From Octopus sinensis (lineage: Eukaryota), in contig NC_043012.1 of assembly GCF_006345805.1 (NCBI RefSeq), positions 20,708,001 through 20,772,000 of the forward strand: 64,000 nt of DNA. Reading direction: 5' to 3'. A model generated the notes under the pieces. That model saw only the letters and a program-made list of their open reading frames with translations. It had not been told where the DNA came from and searched no databases. Below, one piece after another: positions 53,270-64,000 of this stretch. The first letter of the stretch is position 1; every line of letters starts with the position of its first letter. A program made the translations under genes and the position numbers.

Positions 53270-53690
53270 ATACGCTTTTAAGAAGTGGTGTCAAAATTTC
53301 CCTAACTAGTCCTGTAGCGCGCCAACAGATGGTAGCACGGGATCGGATGCGCAGTGAGAGGTAGCAGTGACCTTGATGAGGCAGTGTGCCAAGTGACATC
53401 AGCGTGTTTACTTCGCAAGTTGTGAAATTTGTGTTTTTATAATCTCGTGTATGCGTTCTTAATTCCACATTAGTTCAGTTCACTCAACTGCAGAAATGAG
53501 TTGCGACATTACTGGTGCCAAGTTGCATCGGTCTTTCGATAACATCGGTTGCGTGGATAGAAGAGGCCGGTATGCATGGGTGACTGATGGTCTTCCATAA
53601 ATAACATTGCCCGCACTTTTGCCTCAGAGAGTAACTAACGAGTTGCAATGCCATTCTCATACATGAACGAAGTGGGCTTTTGCCCTATAT
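53270..53690 (+). mobile_element. Possible internally deleted second Tc1/mariner remnant
   Basis: GTGTCAAAATTTCCCTAACTAGTCCTGTAGCGCGCCAACAGATGGTAGCAC resembles mariner-type 5' termini. No clean ORF. Confidence 0.35.
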
Positions 53691-53718
53691 ACATACATAT
53701 ATATACATACATACATAT

Positions 53719-53796
<78 letters not shown>

Positions 53797-53804
53797 ATAT
53801 ATAA

Positions 53805-54125
53805 TATAATATAATTCGAGACAAAACCACTATTTTAAAACCAAACAAGGAAAGACTTAATCAATACATAAAATTTTAATATAAATTAAATAAACCGCCA
53901 CTATTTCATGTCTGCTCCGACAATCTTCAGGTGGATTTTCGATCTTCTAATCAGTATCAAAATTTGATTCTGGTTAGAAGATCGAAAATCCACCTGAAGA
54001 TTGTCGGAGCAGACATGAAACATTTGTAGTGGCGGTTTATTTAATTTATATTAAAATTTTATGTATTGATTAAGTCTTTCCTTGTTTGGTTTTAAAATAG
54101 TGGTTTTGTCTCGAATTATATTATA
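53805..54125. repeat. ~320-bp near-perfect palindrome between (TA)n arrays
   Basis: Arms of about 155 bp are reverse complements centred at about 53962 (ATCAAA-A-TTTGAT). They differ by about 2 mismatches and a 6-nt indel (CATTTG only in the right arm). Confidence 0.95.
53990..54032 (+). ncRNA. Minimal type I hammerhead ribozyme motif, PLE-like
   Basis: CCAC-CUGAAGA-U-UGUC-GGAGCA-GACA-U-GAAAC-AUUU-GUA-GUGG. Helix I is CCAC/GUGG, helix II is UGUC/GACA, helix III is a 2-bp AC/GU, and the predicted cleavage is after GUA at 54028. There is a U-U mismatch at the base of helix II. Confidence 0.6.
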
Positions 54126-54209
54126 TAATTTTACTATAAAATTGGATTTAACCCTAAATCTGATTTTTCCCTGTAATTTTGGATTCATTCCCAATATATT
54201 TTATTATTA

Positions 54210-54262
<53 letters not shown>

Positions 54263-54454
54263 ACGCAACTATGCTTACGTATATCAATATAGCTGTTATG
54301 TATGATTTGGTAGGATTTACCAGCTTTTCTTCGCAGTTCATCGTTAAATTCGTGTCTGCATATGTATCGAGTGTGCAAGTAAAGTTGTAAAAGTAAAATA
54401 TGCAAAGAACTAGAGATTGAAATAGATAAATAGCCAGTGAGAAGAACGGACACA

Positions 54455-54822
<368 letters not shown>

Positions 54823-56572
54823 ACGATCTTATTTACAATTTTCTTGTCTGCAGCGTTACAGGATCGATTATATACGTGTTTGATTGTAAAGAAATAGCGA
54901 AGAGGTGAACATCTTTACCCAAAAAATCGTTCGTTCAAAGATGCCAAATGATATTCATTATATTCCTTGCATGGAGTAGTATTCAACTTTGAGATTCAAA
55001 AGATGGAATTTGATGCTACTAATAGAGCCGGGAAGTAGCTGGATTTCTGTCCTTGTTATAACTTGGATGTTTTCTGTACAAGTGACAGAGCGTTATTATG
55101 GTCTTCTACTAAGATTTTTACGAATATAATTTCTTGGTTCCTGTGGAAAATATAGAACCCCAAAAGAGAAAAAAATGTTATATATATGTTATATAAAATT
55201 TTCTAAAAACCTGTGTATAGTTTTTGATTAGAAAGAAACTTCTACGATATTAGGAAATAAAACTAAGTATCTTACACAATAACACGACAAATTGGTTGTT
55301 GGTTTCCTTTATATTACAAAAATATACAAATCAAGAATAGAGAACAACTTATAACCATAAAATACAACATCCAATAGGAACTAAAGTATATATTGCTAGA
55401 AAAAAGAAACCTTTGCAAATGATCATAAAACAATTTCGACAACCTCGACACATTCAGGTTTATTACACCGGTAAATAGTGATTTCGGTAAAGTTAGTAGT
55501 GTATGCTACATAAAACCAACAGAAAGATAAAAGAGTCTAGGCGGCAATTAATGAGCGGATCAATGACGTCAAACGGAAAGATGAATGCAAATATTATCCA
55601 ATTTGACATCATTATTAATCCTCAATAAGCTAGGGAACACTCCATAAAAGTATTCCTATTCATGAAAACATATCCAGGCATCACACGAGGTGATAGGAAA
55701 TCATTATTTCTCCCATAAGATAATACTTTTTTTGTGTGTATGTGTGCATGTGTGAGTGTGTGTGTGTGTGTGTGTGTAAATGTAGAATGGGCAACAACAA
55801 ACAGAGCGGGGGATGATCTTGTGTCATCGTGCAAGGTTTCAAAGACGGAAAAAGTTTGTGATTTAAGAGATACATTTGATGGTTGCATTGATGAAGGGAT
55901 CGTGATTTCAAATAAATCATTCGCATAGCTAATGCCCCGAACTTCATATACGCCTACTCACACACTACATACACGCGTATATGTATGGATAGATTTATAT
56001 ATTATTTATTAGATAAATAGTATATGTCATATACATATATGCATTCAGACATAAATATACAAATATATATATATATATGCATATATATATATATACATAC
56101 ATGTATATATATATATGTATATGTATATATATGTGTGTAATATATGCATATATATATATATATATATATATATGCATATATATATGTAAATATAGTATGT
56201 GACAATTATTCGGTTGCCATGATAAAACAACGAGTTAAATGCAAACCTTATCGTAAATGAATGGAAAGACCTAACCGAGTAAAAAATGAAATAAACCTCA
56301 CCATTAAAGAAGTGTATATATATATATATATATACAGTGAGAGAGAGAAAGAGAGAGAGATAAAGAGAAAGAGAGATGTCACAAATGTGACCGAGGGTAC
56401 TCACTAGTAATCCTATTGCTAGAAAGAAGCGTTAAAGCAACCCAAAAGCCACAAAGTTGTTCCAACGCTTCTTTCTACCAATTGTGATTCTAGTCAGTAC
56501 ACTCGATCACTCTTGTGACTTGTATTAATTTTGCCTTTAGGTTCTAATTGCTCATAAGACAGCCATTTAATT

Positions 56573-56604
<32 letters not shown>

Positions 56605-56904
56605 CAACATACAAAATGGGACAAGACACAAAAGATGAAGACAACTAGGTGATACAAAAAGTGACAACAAAACATCCAGATAGACGATACAAACAACAAG
56701 GACGGGTCATTCGAAGCCTTTTTATCTTTATTCACAAACCGGATCATCCTCGCAATTTCGGCTGATTAGCCTTGAGATTGCTCCATTCTGGCCAGCCCCA
56801 AGGAAAAACTAAGCTAAGAGCATTAAATTCCTTGGAAAAAATATCGAATGTACACGAAAACAAGGACGGAGCAACAGACGATATTACACGAATATAAATG
56901 CAAA

Positions 56905-56939
<35 letters not shown>

Positions 56940-57677
56940 CACGTTCATTATATATAAAAACATTCATTCTTATATTATTGCGGCGTTACGTGCACCCCCC
57001 CCCGTTTGTTTGTCCAATTTTAAACCCTGCATGACTTCTATACACACTGTCTTTCCTACCCGCCATTGCTTCTTCACCAAACTTTTTGGCGCCCTCGATT
57101 CTTCCCCTCTCTTCTCCATCCTCCTTCCCTCTTCCTCCCATCCTCCTTAATCCCTTCTTTCTCCTTTTCTCTTGGTCACTGATTCTGTCCCCTGCCTTCC
57201 ACCCTCTTTGATTCCCTCTCTCTTGTCTCTCTTTCTCTCTCTCCTGCGACCTGCTGCTTCTTAAACCATTCTGTTGGCCTTCGTATCTCGAAACATGTGT
57301 CCCCGCTACCGAAACGGTAATTATTTCTACGCCAGCTATGTTGTTGTTGTTTTTGTCTCATTTGGTCTAAAGTCGTATGACAACCACCGTTATATATATT
57401 TGTTTATTCATTACTGTTTTCAATTTCGTTTTCGTCTCTTGTATTCACATCCGTCTTGTGCGTTCACATTCTGTCTTCTACCAAGAAATCTAATGCTTAC
57501 AGCTTAGTTTTTTTTCTTGGGGCTGGCCGAGTTGGAGCAAATATCAGAATTGAACAGCCGAAATTTGCTATGATGATTCGGTGTCTGACTGAAGATTGAA
57601 GGCTTCGAATGATTTGTCTGTGTTCCGTGTTCGTCCCTTCCTGTATTTCACGTTCATTATATATAAAAACATTCATT

Positions 57678-57684
<7 letters not shown>
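56605..57684. repeat. Probable PLE-terminus-derived composite: inverted homologous segments plus a 37-bp direct repeat
   Basis: 56690-56860 (-) is homologous to 57450-57640 (+). TCACGTTCATTATATATAAAAACATTCATTCTTATAT is identical at 56939-56975 and 57648-57684. (TA)n flanks it. Confidence 0.55.
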
Positions 57685-57718
<34 letters not shown>

Positions 57719-57811
57719 TGTATGTATGTATGTATGTATGTATGTATGTATGTATGTATGTATGCATGTATGTATGTTGTATATATATATATATGTATAT
57801 GTATAATCGTG

Positions 57812-58020
57812 AAAGAGCGGGGATTAGTGGTTAGAGATTGTTACCTAACGTGGGTTCGATTCCCAGACCTACCGGCACGTTGTGTTCTGGATCAAAACAC
57901 TTCATTTATCACGTTGCTGCAGTCTCTCTGTCGATCGGGGGGAAGTTTTGGCCCGCTAACCTGCCCAACCTTATAGCGTCATTGCAAGGCCAAAACGAGG
58001 TAAAGCGCATTGTGATCAGT
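57812..58020 (+). mobile_element. Diverged tRNA-derived SINE related to 11637-11877
   Basis: TAGTGGTTAG..GGGTTCGATTCCCAGACC..GTTGTGTTCTGGATCAAAACACTTCATTT..ACGTTGCTGCAGTC. Confidence 0.7.
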
Positions 58021-58156
58021 GATTATATACAGAGACCGACTGACAGAGAGAGAGAGAGAGAGAAAGAGAGAGAGCGGGTGTGGAGAGACTGAAATGTGTG
58101 TGGTTGTGTACGTGTCTGAATGTGCACATATGTACAAATGTATGTATGTGTGTGTG

Positions 58157-58203
<47 letters not shown>

Positions 58204-58228
58204 GCACACACAGACACACACACACATT

Positions 58229-58305
<77 letters not shown>

Positions 58306-60678
58306 ATTATATATGTATATATATATATGTATATATATATGCGCTATATATATATTTATACATATATGTATGTATACACAGGCAGTGAGATGGAAAGAGA
58401 GTGGGGGCAGATTTAGAGGAGCTGATCAGTTAGGTAAAGAATATACTCAGCATGCTCCCGCTGCATACTTTATCGACCCTAAATGAATGAAAGAAAAACT
58501 GTAACAGCAGGAGTTTAGTTCACTAAGATTAAAGAAGAAATTGTAAGACACTTACTTCCGTTTCTTTATTGATCTTCCTCTTCTCGATTCAGCGCCCAAA
58601 TAAACTTTATAAATCATATGACAATGTTCATCTGAACAATACTCAGAAAGATTCATTTTTAAAGAATAATTTCGATATCAGAAAATTCACGACACAGCTG
58701 GATATGTTATATTTCGTTTTGATATATTGTTTGCAGATATAAATGCATTACATCTTTATATCTTTGATATAGCTGGGCTGAAAGATGTCTGTACAAGTTT
58801 TGTTTTCTGTTTCTAGAAGTTCGTGAAGAGTTTTTGTACTTCTTGTCAATGCTGTCGTTTCTGTTACAGTTGTAACGAGCAACTGTAACAGAAACGAACA
58901 GTATCTTGTTCTGTTACAGCTGATATTGTTGTTACCGGTGTTGTTGTTGTTCGTCCGAGGCCAACCCTTATCCAGTAGACCTATGTTCAAAAGCATTCCA
59001 GCAATTTCCATATCGTCTTTCTGCAAATATAGCGCCGGCTATTTCCTTTGTTTTTTAAACTGTACAATGTGATTTGAGGATGATCAGTTCAAGCTTGGTT
59101 AAGCAACTAAAAAATATCAAATACACCGACGAAGACTTTAAAATAGTATTTAGGAAAATTGCTACCGAAAGTGTTTTTCTATTTTTGAAGAATGGTGAAT
59201 GTTTTTCGAGGATGTTCTTTTTTTTGTTTTTGTTATTTAATTTGTTTTTCTAATTCAAAATGTCGAACGACAGCTTGAAGTGTCCCCTGGTAGCATATAT
59301 TACTGGTATTTACCAACAATTGTACAATTTATTCTAATCGAGGAGGTCAATCGTTATCTGTTAATACATAGATATGATAAAGTATAATCCTGAAAATGAT
59401 CTTCATTGATGATACTAAGCTAGTTCCTTGTGAATAAAATTTAAGCTTAAATATGTGACAACCTAAAAAAAACAATGTCCTTGAGTAAAATAAGAAAATT
59501 ACCGATGCACTTTTAGTATAGAATTTAAGCTGTCCACATGACCAACATGGCACGTTCTTATCACAATTTTCTGGTAATGGATTACTGAGCGAATCATTTC
59601 AAATTCAGACAAACTGCATTGCAGTGTTTAGTTATTCTCCTTTGAATTCTTACTTTTCGCCATTTACAATCAATCAAATTCTAGGATCAATTTAATCGAT
59701 TATACATATGACCAAAAACATGTAGGCGTCTGAAAATGTCGGAAATGTAGATATTCTTGAATTATAATCTAAAACTGTTAAATCTATTTTAAATTCAATT
59801 TTCTAAATGTTTCCTAAATTAAATACCAGTAATACATTAGCATCAACCAAACCAGCTAGTTTATTCCTTTAAAAAGATTGGGTTTGTACTTATTCATCGA
59901 AAGTCACTACATTTAATATTGAGTAAAGGAAAAATAAATAAATATAAAACAGAATGAAGAAACAAAATCAAGCTAGGAAACTGATTGAATTTCGATATCT
60001 AAATCGTGATCTAAACCAAAAATTAAAACACACAACAGGAACAAAAATACATAAATAAACATTAGATAAAAATCAATAATCCTTAATGATATATGGATAT
60101 CATCAGAATGGAACTTTTTAGAAATGTCGAAATCATTCGACAGTAAATAATATGAAAGCTGAAACTGAAAAAAAAAAATAGTAAAAAAGGAAATTAATAA
60201 AATATAGAAATAAATGGAATAGACTAAAAAAAAAAATGTAATGAAAATATTTCACTCCTTGTAAATATATATTCAGTGCAAATGAAATTGCAAACATTTA
60301 ACATCTCTCCTGGGTTGCAGAACTGTGTTTCATCTTTACATTTGTATATTCATTGAAAAGCTCGATAACCAGTAGTACGATAACCAGTAGTAAATTACCT
60401 TTAACTTTGGTTCCTTTTAATCTTAAACTCTTCAACTAAACTAATGTTTATATTTTTTGTCACCGAATCAGAAGGCTTTGACAGTGTGTTTAATGTATTT
60501 TATATTTATTTCATTTTCCTTTATCTTCAGCATTTCACCCATTTTGAGATTTGGTTTATACAGAGAGAACGAGCGTATTTCACTAGACATGAAAGAAAAT
60601 CTCCCATCCGTGCATTCATTTAATACATTTCTAAAACATTGCAACATGTATGGCATAAATCTGTGTGAATCTGTGTAT

Positions 60679-60711
<33 letters not shown>

Positions 60712-60835
60712 GGTGTGTGTGTGTATGTGCGTGTATGTGGAATGTCTATCCATGGTTGTATGTATTCATATATGCACTATACATTTCTATGGGCTCACAC
60801 ATACACATACATATATATTACATACATCCCTCCCA

Positions 60836-60882
<47 letters not shown>

Positions 60883-61764
60883 CTAGGTATATATGATAAT
60901 ATATGATACGATACATGTAGTATTACTAGTTATATACATTGACACACTTGCCTATGTATATGTATACCTATGCCTCCTCATCTATTTATACATGCATACA
61001 GTTTATAGAAACAAATGTGCATACATACATAACCATACAAACATGCGCACATAGAGTGATAGAAAGTCTGAAAGCAATTAGAGAGATGGATAACTAGAGA
61101 AAAAAAGACAGAAGGAAATTATCTGAAGGTCAGCGGCTCCAATTAACACTCAAAACCATATAGAATCCATTCATTTAATGCCGATAATGAATATATTACA
61201 AATACATTACAACATTTTTAAAGAACAGAATACGATTAATTATCGGAGAGTAACATCATAGAATCATTATTAACAGTTATCAAAAGCTATTTCATTGATT
61301 TTTCCACATTGCATGTGTGTAAAATGTATAGTAAAATGAAATTAATTGGTTATGATATAAAAATTAAGTATGATTCTATTTAATATGAAATACTTAATTG
61401 AAAAGAATATATATGTTCTAATGGTTCGAATGATTATATATTTGATAGAAGTAAAAATTATTAACTATTAATTCAAATAATAATTGAAATTGTCGCTGCC
61501 ACTGCGCCGCCACCATTCGCTACAGGTACTAATTGAAGCTGATGATGAGGTTTCGTTTTGCGAACGGAAAACGTATACTCAGTCTCAGCGTGCAATCTAC
61601 AACTTTCACCATAGCCACCAATCAGAGAAATAACTTTACATTTTAAATGAAGCCGCATACACGGACAAGAACGCAAAGTTTCTAACACAGTTTGCCTTCC
61701 CGATGGATCTTGCCTTAGAATTATGTTAAGTGTTTTAATCGAATAATTATCCATGTATACATTC

Positions 61765-61850
<86 letters not shown>
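61765..61850. repeat. Long pure (CA)n microsatellite
   Basis: Directly visible. Dozens of other (TA)n, (GT)n and (TATG)n tracts occur throughout the window. Confidence 0.97.
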
Positions 61851-61851
<1 letters not shown>

Positions 61852-62768
61852 TATGAAAGAATTTCCATTCACTGAAAACTGGAAGAGTCGTTATTCGAAT
61901 TTATCGTGACGGATGCTTTCTCTATCTTCCCTTTCTGTTCCCACTCTCTCTCGCATTATCTCCCTACTTCATTGTGTCTCTGTCTCTTATATATATATTC
62001 ATACATACACATATGTACATGCATACACATTGCATACACATTGTGCATACATGTCGGATAGCCGTTCTCAGATAGCACCTGCTACAAGGCAGCGGTAAAA
62101 TTAAATACATAAACCTAATGCTGAAAATGTCGATTATATCACATTTCTGTGGAAGATATAAATATAGCCAACAGTATCCCCAAAGTATCATCAAGTAACT
62201 TCCACACGCCCCCCCTGCCTCCAACGCTCGCTCACGACGTGTCGCGTAAATGATATACAATCTACAAAAAAGGATGTCCTGGGATAAAAATAAAGACGCC
62301 CTCTTAATGAATATATACACGGAGGACAACACAAGCAATAATGGTAGTGGGGGAGGTTTCCTTCACATCCTATATCCGGAGCAAAAATAAGAAGCCGTAT
62401 GTCGTTGTTTTGTGCAGACAAGAAAAAGTATGTACCTTCATAGAAGTAGCTCCCCTTCAGATGTGAATATCTTTCCGAAAATCAACAAGAACTATAAACA
62501 ACGGCTTCGAAACTTCTAGAATCTGTACCAACATTTTGCCAGTAAATTTATGCCAATATGAATTGTTGCACTTGGCGTTTTGTAAATGAATGCATCATGA
62601 GACAATCTGAGTAAGCTGGGTGTTATTAATTCAAATGTACAACCACGTGTGTTTTAGTGTGTATTTGGAAGTATATATCTACTGGTGTGCATGTATGCAT
62701 AGATGTGCGTAGGGACGTGTTCCTGTGAGTATTACCGGATATACAGTTTGTATCTTATAACATATGAA

Positions 62769-63153
62769 GGAAGCACTCCGTCGGTTACGACGATGAGGGT
62801 TCCGGCTGATCCGAATCAACGGAACAGCCTGCTCGTGAAATTAACGTGTAAGTGGCTGAGCACTCCACAGACACGTGCACCCTTAACGTAGTTCTCGGGG
62901 ATATTCAGCGTGATACAGAGAGTGACAAGGCCGGCCCCTTGAAATACAGATACAACAGAAACAGGAAGTAAGAGTGAGAGAAAGTTGTGGTGAAAGAGTA
63001 CAGCAGGGATCACCACCATCCCCTGCCGGAGCGTCGTGGAGCTTTTAGGTGTTTTCGCTCAATAAACACTCACAACGCCCGGTCTGGGAATCGAAACCGA
63101 GATCTTATGACCGCGAGTCCGCTGCCCTAACCACTGGGCCATTGCGCCTCCAC
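62769..63153 (-). mobile_element. Full-length tRNA-derived SINE (fourth family) with near-perfect target-site duplication
   Basis: Reverse-complement homolog of 15764-16145. Flanks are TCTTATAACATAT (62753-62765) and TCTTATTACATAT (63155-63167). Confidence 0.92.
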
Positions 63154-63621
63154 TTCTTATTACATATATGCATAAACAAACAGAATTTATACTACAGTAA
63201 TGTACTTATCTTGAATTCCATCCTTTGCATAGACACGACTGTTTTATCAAAGATAGTTTATTAGTATGTTCTATTTTTTTGCGTGTGATACTCTTGTGGT
63301 AAATAAAACCGTTATTTCTCGTTGACGAAAGGCCGCAACAATCACCGAACAAATCGAAGACGGTACGTGACACGTAATTCATTATAAGACTGTCACGTAC
63401 CATAAACGAAATTCCTCGCATTTATCTAATCTTTCCTTCCTTTTCACACACGCTCTTTTTCAGATCACCCTCCTCTACTTCTAAGATACGCTTATATCCT
63501 TCACACCATTCCAAAATCCATATCGGTTCAACTTAGGCACACATGATGCACTCAATGAATGTGTTGCGTCAATTTGCTCGATCTCCCCCTTCTCTCTCTA
63601 TCTCTTTCTCTCTCGCTCTCA

Positions 63622-63674
<53 letters not shown>

Positions 63675-64000
63675 ATATATATGTATGTATATATATATAT
63701 GTATGTATATATATATGTGTGTTTAGAAAGAGAGAGACCGAAGGAGAGATAGAGATACATGCATATATATATATATACACATATATATATAGGAAAATGT
63801 GTTCTTGAAAATGCACCTACATTTCAAAAACTCGTAAATGTTTAAAATACATTTATTTACATATATACTAAACTAGTTTCAACAATATTTATTTGTTTAT
63901 CAAAGGTAAAAACATATAATATGTGTATTTGAAACCTTGAAGTTTGTACCATCGTGGACAAGTTAATTTCTGTCGAATGTTGAGTTTCTTCTCCTATTTT

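Overview
This is AT-rich, repeat-saturated eukaryotic DNA. It is most likely an octopus genome, inferred from the tRNA-derived SINE families and the extreme (TA)n/(TAA)n/(GATA)n microsatellite load; no database was consulted. No intact host gene, true tRNA or rRNA is recognisable, and most ORFs in the supplied track are microsatellite read-through. Recognisable content: (i) about 14 fragments of R4/Dong-type non-LTR retrotransposons (RT plus restriction-like endonuclease, RLE) from at least 5 families, mostly bordered by (TAA)n arrays and stacked head-to-tail at 20.3-22.1 kb and 37.8-50.2 kb; (ii) a decayed Penelope-like (PLE) RT/GIY-YIG remnant and several probable PLE-terminus pieces in (TA)n arrays, including a ~320-bp near-perfect palindrome whose right arm carries a minimal hammerhead-ribozyme motif; (iii) many SINEs of about four families, some concatemerised, nested or folded back; (iv) a dead mariner, a non-autonomous Helitron and a CR1/L2-type RT fragment. 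A few weak exon candidates lie on the minus strand. Coordinates were read by eye and may be off by a few to tens of bases.
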